This document shows positions 49,163 to 58,459 of a stretch of 64,000 nucleotides of DNA, piece after piece (position 1 is the stretch's first letter; each line of letters starts with the position of its first letter). Position numbers and translations under genes: made by a program. Source of the stretch: Promethearchaeia archaeon (GTDB lineage: Archaea; Asgardarchaeota; Lokiarchaeia; Sigyniarchaeales; SOKP01); assembly GCA_029856145.1 (NCBI GenBank), contig JAHQWK010000008.1, positions 135,007 through 199,006 of the forward strand, written 5' to 3'. Below the pieces are notes generated by a model, which worked only from the letters and a program-made list of their open reading frames with translations, was not told the origin of the DNA and made no database searches.

Positions 49163-51388
49163 ATGAGTGGGATGACTCGTGAGTATAAAGGAGATGGAAA
49201 AAAAGTAAGAGTAAAAGATGCTTATAAGAGTGATGCTGGGAGAGGTAGAATAAGAATGGATCCTAAAGTAATCAATGATCTTGAACTTCGAACAGGTGAT
49301 GTAATCGAAATCGTTCATCAAGCAGTGGGGAAAAAAACTGCTGCCCTACTATACCCTGGGAAGATAGAAGATAAGGGTACTAATACGATCAGAATAGATT
49401 CTTCATTGAGAAGGAATATTGGTGCTTCTTTAGATGATATTGTGGAAATTCGCAAAATTCAAGCAAGTTTAGCTGATAGAATTACATTTGCGGGATTAGA
49501 AGAGTCAATAATTTTAAGAACTCCTCAACAATTAACACAGATATTAGAAAATCGGGTTGTTACGAGGGGAGATATTTTAAGTTTTAATGCTATGGGTCGT
49601 AGAATAGACTTTGTTGTTATTGATTACCATCCTAAAGCTGATGCTATAAGGATTGATTTAGATACAAAAATTACCATATCAGAAAAAACTAGTAAAGAAC
49701 TTGAAGAATTAGAAAGAAGAAAAGTTACATATGAAGATATTGGGGGTTTGGAAGAAGAGATCCAGAGAATTCGTGAAATGATTGAATTACCAATAAGGCA
49801 CCCTGAATTATTCAAAAGGATTGGAATTGATCCACCTAAAGGAGTATTGCTTCATGGCCCACCCGGTACAGGAAAAACTTTACTGGCTAGAGCTGTAGCT
49901 GGCGAGACAGATGCTCACTTTGAAACAATAAGTGGACCAGAAATTATGAGCAAATTTTATGGTCAAAGCGAAGAAAATCTTCGTAAGGTTTTTGAAAAAT
50001 CTAAAGAAATGGCCCCATCGATAATATTTATAGATGAGTTAGATTCAATAGCACCTAAAAGGGGTGAAGTCACTGGTGAAGTTGAAAGAAGAGTTGTAGC
50101 TCAGTTACTTTCATTATTAGATGGTTTAGAAGGGAGAGGAGAAGTCATTGTCATTGGTGCAACAAATAGAGTAAATGATATAGATCCTGCCCTCAGACGC
50201 CCAGGAAGGTTTGATAGAGAAATCGAGATTGGAGTCCCTGATACAGATGGGCGATACGAGATCTTATTGATTCATACACGTGGAATGCCTTTACACAGTG
50301 ATGTTAACCTTCGTCTTATAGCAGAAAAAACTCATGGATTTGTAGGTGCAGATGTAGAAGCCTTAGCAAAAGAAGCTGCTATGTTAGCGATAAGAGAATT
50401 ATTACCGAGAATAAATTTAGATAAACCTATACCTCCTGAAATATTAATGGAACTTCAAATTTTGATGAAAAACTTTGAAGCAGCAAGAACCAGTATTGAA
50501 CCTTCAGCTTTAAGAGAAGTATTAATTAGTCAACCTACTGAAACATGGGATGATATTGGAGGTTTAGAAGATGCTAAACAACAACTACAAGAAGTCATTG
50601 AATGGCCTTTAAAATATCCAGAATTGTACAGTTATTTAAACTCTAAACCTCCTAGTGGTATATTACTTTTTGGACCCCCAGGGACAGGAAAAACGCTTTT
50701 AGCTAAAGCATTAGCTCATGAAAGTGAAGTCAACTTTATTTCAGTAAAAGGACCTGAATTTTTATCTAAATGGGTAGGTGAAAGTGAAAAAGCGGTAAGA
50801 GAAACATTTCGAAAAGCAAGAGCAGCTTCTCCTTGCATTATCTTCTTTGATGAAATTGATGCAATAGCCGGAATGAGGGGTAGATTTGCCAGCTCTCAAG
50901 TAACTGAGCAAGTAGTTTCACAATTATTAACAGAAATGGATGGTTTAGAAGGTCTAAAAGATGTAATTTTATTAGCAGCAACAAATAGATCAGACATGCT
51001 AGATCCAGCATTATTACGGTCAGGGAGATTCGGTAGACATATTGAGATCCCTATGCCAGATAAGGATGCACGTGTTGAGATATTCAAAATTCATCTTAAA
51101 AATAAACCTCTAGCTGAAGATGTGGATATTGACCAAATGGCACAGGCTCTAGAAGGATATACCGGTGCAGACATTCAGGCAATCTCTGAAGAAGCCACAC
51201 TTTTGACAATTCGCAGAGCCGTCGCAGATACAAACATAAATACGCAGAATGCAGATTCTGTTAAAGCAGTAAAAATCTCAAAAGCAGAGTTTGATAAATC
51301 TATTGAGAAAATTTTAAGATCTGCTGATAAAGCTAAAGAATCTCACGAAATGCATGCAAAAGAACCTTCAGAAGAATTATATCGTTAA
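49163..51388 (+). CDS. cdc48: Cdc48/VCP (VAT) AAA+ ATPase
   Basis: N-domain DAGRG.IRMD; two AAA modules ([22 protein letters not shown] / RSGRFGR); C-terminal LYR. Confidence 0.97.
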   Translation: MSGMTREYKGDGKKVRVKDAYKSDAGRGRIRMDPKVINDLELRTGDVIEIVHQAVGKKTAALLYPGKIEDKGTNTIRIDSSLRRNIGASLDDIVEIRKIQASLADRITFAGLEESIILRTPQQLTQILENRVVTRGDILSFNAMGRRIDFVVIDYHPKADAIRIDLDTKITISEKTSKELEELERRKVTYEDIGGLEEEIQRIREMIELPIRHPELFKRIGIDPPKGVLLHGPPGTGKTLLARAVAGETDAHFETISGPEIMSKFYGQSEENLRKVFEKSKEMAPSIIFIDELDSIAPKRGEVTGEVERRVVAQLLSLLDGLEGRGEVIVIGATNRVNDIDPALRRPGRFDREIEIGVPDTDGRYEILLIHTRGMPLHSDVNLRLIAEKTHGFVGADVEALAKEAAMLAIRELLPRINLDKPIPPEILMELQILMKNFEAARTSIEPSALREVLISQPTETWDDIGGLEDAKQQLQEVIEWPLKYPELYSYLNSKPPSGILLFGPPGTGKTLLAKALAHESEVNFISVKGPEFLSKWVGESEKAVRETFRKARAASPCIIFFDEIDAIAGMRGRFASSQVTEQVVSQLLTEMDGLEGLKDVILLAATNRSDMLDPALLRSGRFGRHIEIPMPDKDARVEIFKIHLKNKPLAEDVDIDQMAQALEGYTGADIQAISEEATLLTIRRAVADTNINTQNADSVKAVKISKAEFDKSIEKILRSADKAKESHEMHAKEPSEELYR

Positions 51389-51440
51389 AAATTATTAACA
51401 AATTTAAATTAATTAAGAGAAAAAAAGAGGAGTAATTCTA

Positions 51441-52229
51441 ATGGAATTAGAAGAACAAGAAGGAGAAAATGTCTTTCTTAGTATAGATAATTTATTTGAA
51501 ATATTAGGGAACCCTACAAGAAGAATTATTCTTTCTAAATTAGCTAAAGTTCCATTAGGTGCTTCAGAGTTAGCAGCTTCATTTGGGAAAAAGATCTCTA
51601 GACAAGCGATTCACAGTCAACTTAAAATGCTGTCTTATTATGGTATGATTGAAAATTATGGTGAAGATCCAAGAAATATCAAATATCGCATTAATAGTCA
51701 TCTATCTTTAAGAATTAATATCACCCCAGATTATTATAAAATAAATTATGATGTGTCTAAAATTGATGATACTAAAAACAATTTAGAACTTAAAGAAACT
51801 GGATGTCATGTAGATTATCAAAAAATCAGGCATCCTGATAAGAAGCTTAGATTTTTAGGGGAAAAAATTAAGGAAATTGAACATAATTTGAGTGGCTTAG
51901 AACGAGAAAGAAATGCCCTTTTGCATAATAAAGAATGTTTCATAATAGAATTAAAAAATGTCATCCGAGATCAATATGAAGAAGAGATCAAAACGAAAGA
52001 GCAACCTAATTTAGAAAAAGAGATTTTTTACACACTATTTTTCAATCCAATAAAATATTTCGATAGAATAAATATTGATACATTATTGGATGATATGTTC
52101 TTTTCAGGAATGGGACCTATTAGAAGAGATCAACATAAAGTGTCTATAAGACATCTCCTTAAAGACTTGTCTAAATTGATGGGTTTCTTAAAAGAAGATG
52201 AGGATGATTTTTGGTTCTTCGATATTTAA
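51441..52229 (+). CDS. ArsR-family wHTH + coiled-coil regulator (Phr/HSR1-like)
   Basis: LFEILGNPTRR.IL..L, ISRQAIHSQL..L...G, Y.I....L.I.I.P, then heptad repeats. Confidence 0.82.
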   Translation: MELEEQEGENVFLSIDNLFEILGNPTRRIILSKLAKVPLGASELAASFGKKISRQAIHSQLKMLSYYGMIENYGEDPRNIKYRINSHLSLRINITPDYYKINYDVSKIDDTKNNLELKETGCHVDYQKIRHPDKKLRFLGEKIKEIEHNLSGLERERNALLHNKECFIIELKNVIRDQYEEEIKTKEQPNLEKEIFYTLFFNPIKYFDRINIDTLLDDMFFSGMGPIRRDQHKVSIRHLLKDLSKLMGFLKEDEDDFWFFDI

Positions 52230-52273
52230 TCTTATCTTTTAAAATTATAATATCTAATATTATTAGGTGAACT

Positions 52274-52774
52274 ATGAATTTACAAGATTTAAAGAAACAA
52301 ATGCCTGAGATATTCGAACGGGTTAAAAAAGATGTAAAGAAGGTTTATGGACGTCATCGGGCAGGATTAAGTCTTGGACTTGTCGAAATGGGTATGTATA
52401 GGGGGGGTTTTATAGGGGGGATGCATTTCAATCCCGGAACGGATATAGTAATGAATAAAACTCCACTAGAAATTATTTTAAGAGAACAACCTTATGAAAT
52501 AGTTTGGGCTTATACATATCACGTTCTATTACATGAATATATTCATTCATTAGGGATTCTAAATGAACAACAATGTAGAGCTATTACACTTAGAATATGT
52601 GAGAATGTATTTAAAAAGACTGACCATCCTGCAATAATCCTAGCAAAAAATGGTATTGGAACTTATTTCCCTAATTTACCTTTAATTTATGCCCCTCCAG
52701 ATCTTAGTCCTGATGGAATTCCAATTGAATATATATATAATTTTGATCATGAGAGCTATGACTATTACTCATGA
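52274..52774 (+). CDS. Small HEXXH zincin-like metallopeptidase
   Basis: RAGLSLGL, GG.H, IVMN, HVLLHEYIHSLG..E; GGTGA SD. Confidence 0.8.
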   Translation: MNLQDLKKQMPEIFERVKKDVKKVYGRHRAGLSLGLVEMGMYRGGFIGGMHFNPGTDIVMNKTPLEIILREQPYEIVWAYTYHVLLHEYIHSLGILNEQQCRAITLRICENVFKKTDHPAIILAKNGIGTYFPNLPLIYAPPDLSPDGIPIEYIYNFDHESYDYYS

Positions 52775-52850
52775 GAAATCTAATAATCTAGCATAGGCAA
52801 ATTTAAGCTTTTTATTTAATTAAAATAAGTAATGAATAAATTAAGTTCCT

Positions 52851-53252
52851 CTAACTTAAAAGTTCATTAAGGGTATTTATTAATTTTTTATGAGTAAAAG
52901 GCTTGTCCAAGAACCCCTTTGCCCCATAGGAATAGACTTCTTCTCTTATTGTTTTGTCTGCACTAGCAAATATAACTCTTGAATTATGATCAATTTGTAG
53001 GATTTCTTTTAAAGCATCTAAACCATTTTTTATTGGTATTCTATAATCTAAAATTATTATATCCGGTTTTTCAGGAAAACTTCTAAACATTTTAATTGCC
53101 TCATCTCCATTATTAGCAATGCCTAGCACTTGAAATCCAGACAATCCTAATAAGAGTTCATATAATCTTTGAAGATCTCTATCATCTTCGGCAATAAAGA
53201 TTGTTTTTATTCTTATATCCCCTTCGGTGTATTTAACCCTGTGCTTGTACAC
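52851..53252 (-). CDS. Single-domain response regulator (receiver)
   Basis: IAEDD, PDIIILD, NG.D, SA, GA..FL.KPF; true start may be ATA at 53210. Confidence 0.92.
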   Translation of the reverse strand: MYKHRVKYTEGDIRIKTIFIAEDDRDLQRLYELLLGLSGFQVLGIANNGDEAIKMFRSFPEKPDIIILDYRIPIKNGLDALKEILQIDHNSRVIFASADKTIREEVYSYGAKGFLDKPFTHKKLINTLNELLS

Positions 53253-53487
53253 CGATTATTTTAGATTATTCAAATATACGATTTTTTACTTTCTAATTTT
53301 ACAAACCTATTACAGAAATTATAATATTTATGTTTTAATATTTAAAAAAATATTTACAAGGATCATGGGTTATGATGTAAAAACATAAATATCAGATGCG
53401 GTTAAAAACCATTATCGTAAATTTTTTTTGCACTTTATATTTACATGAACTTAGAACACTTATACAAAACAAGAAAAGGGGAAAAAA

Positions 53488-54567
53488 ATTTCGCAAACAC
53501 TACCTGATGATGAATCTCTTGATGAAGAAAAAGAATCTATTGAGAAAAGTATAGAAATCACACCAGAACAATTAATATTTAAATGGAAATTTCAAAATGT
53601 TGACAAAAAACTTACATATGATATAAAACGATGTATCGGATGCTCTTTATGTAAAATTGTATGCCCTGTTGATGCAATTGAACTTGGCCCAATTCCGGAT
53701 ATTGCTCAAGGAATATTAGATGAAAATAATCCAAAAATCCTAATAGATCATGAAAAATGTTGTTATTGCATGTTGTGTGCCATAATCTGTCCAAATGACG
53801 CATTTCATGAAAATATCACTCCTGAAGAACAAATTAATCTTGATGAATTCCCCTCAATTGGAAAGTTCTTCAAAATCGATATGAAGAAATGTATTGAGGA
53901 TTCTAAAAATGAGATATGCAAACTCTGTTTAACTGTTAGAGATAGGAATAATATAAAAGATTTCTTTAAAATTCAAAATGAGTGTCCCACTCACTGTTTT
54001 TCGATTGATTCTCCAATAAAAGGAGAAGTAATTATTAAAAAAAACATGCTTCATAAATGCGATCCACAAGGATGTAAAGCGTGCGTTAATATTTGCCCAA
54101 CAGAATCATTTTTTATTCCTGAAAGTGCTGAAGACGTTAAAAAATATGGAAAAATTGCATGTAATGAAGATGAGTGTTTTTATTGCGGAGCCTGCGAAAA
54201 TTCATGCCCTGATGATTTAATTATTGTTGATAGGAAGGAAGTTGCAATTAATGACCCTAAAAAACAGGGAAATTATCCTTGGATTCAGGGTTGGATACTA
54301 TGTATAAAAGAAATTTTAAGAAAAAGGCTCGTTTATGGGAAGGAGCCGATAGAAATCCCTATTATTAAAGAAGAGGTTAAAGAAGTAAAAATAAAGATAG
54401 AAGAAGAAGTTCCTCAACTGACTGATGAGGATCGAAAGAAATTAGCTGAAATAAACGAAAAAATTCAAAAATTTTTAAAATCCTCTAAAATTAGATATTG
54501 GATTAAAGATAAGAAAACTGACCAGATTTTAAAAGAATTAAAAAAAAGTTTAAAAAAAAAAGATTAG
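53488..54567 (+). CDS. fwdF: Polyferredoxin, FwdF-like; probable ATT start
   Basis: Frame open from 53455 with CIGCSLC..VCP.DAIELGP and CCYCMLC..ICP upstream of or spanning the annotated ATG 53770; further ferredoxin motifs downstream. Confidence 0.82.
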   Translation: MSQTLPDDESLDEEKESIEKSIEITPEQLIFKWKFQNVDKKLTYDIKRCIGCSLCKIVCPVDAIELGPIPDIAQGILDENNPKILIDHEKCCYCMLCAIICPNDAFHENITPEEQINLDEFPSIGKFFKIDMKKCIEDSKNEICKLCLTVRDRNNIKDFFKIQNECPTHCFSIDSPIKGEVIIKKNMLHKCDPQGCKACVNICPTESFFIPESAEDVKKYGKIACNEDECFYCGACENSCPDDLIIVDRKEVAINDPKKQGNYPWIQGWILCIKEILRKRLVYGKEPIEIPIIKEEVKEVKIKIEEEVPQLTDEDRKKLAEINEKIQKFLKSSKIRYWIKDKKTDQILKELKKSLKKKD

Positions 54568-54618
54568 AAGAAAGGCTTAAATCCTCAGAAAGTGTAATGA
54601 ATAAAGAAAAATTAAATT

Positions 54619-55491
54619 ATGAATATCAATAAAATAGGGATTTATTATTTTTCAGGCACTGGAAATACAAAACTCATGGCAGAATTATTTTGTAAACAAT
54701 TTAAAATTAATAAAATCAATACAGATCTTATCCCCATTGAAGATATAATAAGAAAAAAAAGACCAGTAAATATTGATAAATATGATTTAATTGGATTTGG
54801 TTATCCCGTTCATGCATTTAGTGCACCTCAAATATTTTTTGATTTTATCTACTATTTACCCAAAGAAACAAAAAAAAAGACGTTTACTTTTAAAACATCT
54901 GGAGATCCACTATTTCATGGGGGGGCAACCTCTCTAATCCGAAAAAAACTCAAAAAAAAGGGATACCTTGTTTTTCATGAGAATTTAATCGTTATGCCTG
55001 CTAACATTGCAATAAAATATAATGATAGACTTATAAAACAGCTTTATAATGTTGCTCAAAGAAAAATTAAGAAGAAAGTGGGAGAAATTATTAATGAAAA
55101 AGAAAATCTTCAAAAAAATAATATTATTTTAAGGGTTTTTACATATTTATTCAATTCTATGGAAAGTTTAGGTGCTAAGTATTTTGGTAAATACCTTAAA
55201 ACTTCGGAATTTTGTACTTTATGTGGTTTATGCATTGAAGAATGTCCTACAAATAATATTTCTAAGGTAAAAGGTAAAATATTTTTCGGAAAAAATTGTG
55301 CGTTTTGTATGAGATGCGTGTATAGATGCCCCAAAAATGCGATCTCAAACCGATTTTTGAACTTTTTCATAATTAAAGAAGGTTACAATATTCAAAATAT
55401 AATTGATAACCCTAGTATTAAAGCAGATTTCATTACAAATAAAACTAGAGGATATTTTAAGCACTTTTATACATATTTTATAAGTGATTAA
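54619..55491 (+). CDS. Flavodoxin-ferredoxin fusion (EFR1-type)
   Basis: YFSGTGNT, GFGYPV, MPAN, CTLCGLC...CP, CAFCMRC...CP. Confidence 0.9.
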   Translation: MNINKIGIYYFSGTGNTKLMAELFCKQFKINKINTDLIPIEDIIRKKRPVNIDKYDLIGFGYPVHAFSAPQIFFDFIYYLPKETKKKTFTFKTSGDPLFHGGATSLIRKKLKKKGYLVFHENLIVMPANIAIKYNDRLIKQLYNVAQRKIKKKVGEIINEKENLQKNNIILRVFTYLFNSMESLGAKYFGKYLKTSEFCTLCGLCIEECPTNNISKVKGKIFFGKNCAFCMRCVYRCPKNAISNRFLNFFIIKEGYNIQNIIDNPSIKADFITNKTRGYFKHFYTYFISD

Positions 55492-55624
55492 ACAGTTCAG
55501 AAAATAAAATATCAAAATTAAAAGATTTATAAAATATTGTATTTTAAGTTCGAAATTATCCTTGTTTAAATAGATAGCCATATAACTAATTTAAATATTA
55601 GAATCAATATTGGAGTATTCTTAA

Positions 55625-55912
55625 ATGAAATTAATTTTGAAAATTAAACCAAACAAACAATCAAAAGAAAAGAGAATCATTGCTTGGATACAAAAGAATT
55701 CAGATTTCGAGGATGATATTATACAACTTTTTCAACTCTTTAAGGATAACATAAAATTATCAAAATTAAGTAAAATTTTAAGATATCACATTGTAACCTC
55801 TGAAAATCCAGCGATTATCTTGAATATATTTTCAACAATTCAAGAAATAATACCAGAAGTTTACTTTAATAAAGAAGATTCAATAGAAATTGAAGATCTA
55901 ATAGATATATAG
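55625..55912 (+). CDS. Hypothetical protein
   Basis: 95-aa ORF with SD GGAG and host-like composition. Confidence 0.7.
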   Translation: MKLILKIKPNKQSKEKRIIAWIQKNSDFEDDIIQLFQLFKDNIKLSKLSKILRYHIVTSENPAIILNIFSTIQEIIPEVYFNKEDSIEIEDLIDI

Positions 55913-55949
55913 ATAATTGATTAATAGAATATAAAATTTAATACAAAAA

Positions 55950-56050
55950 TGGGAGAGGGGGGATTTGAACCCCCGGCCCCTTGGTCCCAAACCAAGATTC
56001 ACGCCGTAGAGAAAACCCTACAGTATCATACCAAACTAGACCACCCTCCC
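55950..56050 (-). tRNA. tRNA-Pro(TGG) with 27-nt intron at position 25/26 (intron 56024..55998)
   Basis: Acceptor GGGAGGG/CTCTCCC-A, D arm GTCT...TGAT, anticodon arm CTTGG-TTTGGGA-CCAAG, T arm GGGGG-TTCAAAT-CCCCC; BHB motif at the intron; CCA not encoded. Confidence 0.93.
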
Positions 56051-56300
56051 GTTGAGAAACTGGCTTTTCTTATTAGAGTTCTAATTCGATTTCTCTCTTA
56101 TTAGAGAGATAAACTGAAAATTAAATAGGTAATCTTATTTATAAGCTGGTATAGATAAGAAAAATTAATATTCTAAAAAAGTTTTGCCGTTAATAATTGA
56201 GCATTTTATTTTTTATCTAATACCTAGCATCTATGATTTCATTTTTAAATTCAAATTAATATTCTTTTAATGAATAAATTCCTCTTATTATATAATTAAA

Positions 56301-56879
56301 ATGAAAAAAATTATCAGATTGCTAAAAATAGGGCAAGTAAATCATTCTATTTTACATAGATTAAAAAAAAAATTAGAATTAAGCTTTAGAGAATTAAGTG
56401 TATCTGTTGATTCTCTAATGGATATAATTCCCCTTGAAAATTCAGAATATAATATTAAAAGAAGTCAGTATAATGCTTCTAAGATATTAAACAAGATTAA
56501 TAATTACGCACAAAATGAGCGAACTTTTCGAATTTTAGGTATTGTAGATAAAGATATATTTTCAAATTCTTTAAATTTTGTATTTGGATTAGCTATGAGC
56601 CCAAAAAAAGAGCTTACTACTACCCCAGTTGTAGCTCTAATTTCTATCACCAGACTCAGAGAAAATTTTTATAGAAGGGTTGATAATAATAAACTTTTTG
56701 AATCAAGGATTTTAAAAGAAGCAATTCATGAACTTGGACACACTTTTAATTTAGGACATTGCAATAAATTCTGTGTTATGCAATTCTCAAATTCCTTAGC
56801 TGATACTGATGAAAAGCCATCAAAATTTTGTGATTCTTGTTTGGAAAAATTAAGAAGCTTCTTCAAAAAATTAGAATAA
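56301..56879 (+). CDS. amzA: Archaemetzincin (M54)
   Basis: R.QY.A, NFVFGLA, KEAIHELGHTFNLGHC...CVM.FS.S..D.D.K...FC..C. Confidence 0.93.
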   Translation: MKKIIRLLKIGQVNHSILHRLKKKLELSFRELSVSVDSLMDIIPLENSEYNIKRSQYNASKILNKINNYAQNERTFRILGIVDKDIFSNSLNFVFGLAMSPKKELTTTPVVALISITRLRENFYRRVDNNKLFESRILKEAIHELGHTFNLGHCNKFCVMQFSNSLADTDEKPSKFCDSCLEKLRSFFKKLE

Positions 56880-57887
56880 TCCTTTTAGAAATCTTTTCTC
56901 AAATACAATATAAAGTTCCTCACTTATTCTTGATATTTTCTTATTATTTTTAACTAGTTTTATTAAATCAGGTGGAATTTTTTGTAAGCCAAAATAAGCA
57001 CCGGCTAAACTTCCCCCTATTGCTCCTACTGTATCACTATCTCCTCCTGCTGTAGCAAGCTCGAGAATACATTCCTTAAAAGAAGTTAATTTTTTTAAAA
57101 ATATAAAAATCGAACAAACCACTGTACTGATAGTATATGGATGTACAAAAGCTTGACCTAAATATTGTTCAATAAAATATGGAGATTTAACGCCAGCTTG
57201 GGAAAATTTAATCAGTCCGGATTCAATTGGCATATTTAGATTCGATTTCAATTTATATAAGATTTTAATGAATTCCTTCCATATTTCATCCTGAGAATTA
57301 GAAATCGAACTAATTATAACATTAAAAAAATCATCAACAGAAAAACCAGTTTCTGGAGTCTTATCAATTAGATAAGCAATAGCACGGGCAATAACAATAG
57401 CTCCTGCTGAAGCAGCAGGATGAGAATGCGTGATTGTACTAGTTTTTATAGCTGCCGTTTTTAATGCTTTAGGATCTTTACAATAAAATAATCCAACCGG
57501 AGCAATCCTCATTGTAGTACCATTCCCACCAGAATTTGAAGCCGCCTGTTTCCAATGGATTCCATATTTTAATTTACGAATAGAAGTAATACAACCATAA
57601 CCGGGCCCAATAGGAGGATCATCTAACCAATTTACAAATTCTCTGATGATATAATCCAGGTTAAAACCATTACCTTTAATTAGAGCTTTAGCAAGATGAA
57701 GTGTGAACTGTGTGTCATCAGTATAGGTTCTAAATAAATCTGAATTAGAATTTAAAAATTCTTCAAAATTTTTAAAATATGAAAATATCTGAGAACGAAG
57801 TTTCCCTTCAAAAGGATGTCCTAATGTATCTCCTATTGCTACACCTAATAAACAGCCTTGAAACTTATCTAATAAATTTATTTCCAT
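56871..57887 (-). CDS. ADP-ribosylglycohydrolase family protein
   Basis: G.AIGD.LG, TDDT, GNG..MRIAP, TH.HP, GGDSDT.GAI.G. Confidence 0.95.
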   Translation of the reverse strand: MEINLLDKFQGCLLGVAIGDTLGHPFEGKLRSQIFSYFKNFEEFLNSNSDLFRTYTDDTQFTLHLAKALIKGNGFNLDYIIREFVNWLDDPPIGPGYGCITSIRKLKYGIHWKQAASNSGGNGTTMRIAPVGLFYCKDPKALKTAAIKTSTITHSHPAASAGAIVIARAIAYLIDKTPETGFSVDDFFNVIISSISNSQDEIWKEFIKILYKLKSNLNMPIESGLIKFSQAGVKSPYFIEQYLGQAFVHPYTISTVVCSIFIFLKKLTSFKECILELATAGGDSDTVGAIGGSLAGAYFGLQKIPPDLIKLVKNNKKISRISEELYIVFEKRFLKGLF

Positions 57888-58009
57888 AATATATCATGAT
57901 AATTTTTTTTCTTTAAATATGAATAGTATATAAAAATTACAAATTAACTTTGAAAAAAATAAATTGTTATTAAAAAGGCTTATATAGGAAATTTACTAAA
58001 AAATTTTTT

Positions 58010-58347
58010 AATTTATGAGAAACTCCTCCATTAGAAGCAAATCAAACAAAAATTAAAGCTGTATTAATAGCATTAGATTTAATCTAATTAATGGAGGTTT
58101 ATACAATTCTGATAAAATTATTAAGTTTAGGACCAATTGGCACAACGAGTAAGTGTTGCGCCAGCACATCTTTTATGAAAAGTAATCTCTCTGACTATAA
58201 TTCTAATAGATAAGATAAAATTATAAAAATGATCAGTGCAGATCAGTATTTTCATTAATCCTCTTAGCAATAGAGCTAAACGTAGATTTCATAATGCCAA
58301 CACTTCATCGAGAATAATAAGGGGTATCCAAGCCCTAATAGTCCCAC
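58010..58347 (-). ncRNA. Candidate structured non-coding RNA of unknown class
   Basis: At least 8 stems, several needing G-U pairs that work only on the minus strand; TATA-like box ~25 nt upstream; T-run downstream; no credible ORF. Confidence 0.4.
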
Positions 58348-58364
58348 TTTTTATAATTTTATCT
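58213..58364. repeat. Perfect 17-bp inverted repeat (AGATAAAATTATAAAAA / TTTTTATAATTTTATCT)
   Basis: 58213-58229 is the exact reverse complement of 58348-58364. Confidence 0.85.
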
Positions 58365-58459
58365 CAATATAAAAATAAGAGATTCAAATTTTTATTTTTA
58401 ATGTTTCTCCAATATCTCCTTTTTCAACCAAGCAATATAATTCATAAGATTATAAACCA

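Noticed and set aside
58160-58200. Group I intron R/S-like words (TCAGAGAGATTA, AAGATGTGC) on the minus strand
   Set aside because: The P7 pairing cannot form and there is no interrupted host gene.
58015-58330. RNase P RNA on the plus strand (GAGAAACTCCTCC resembles conserved region I)
   Set aside because: No convincing 3' ACAGAA..GGCTTA element, too AT-rich, and the G-U pattern favours the opposite strand.
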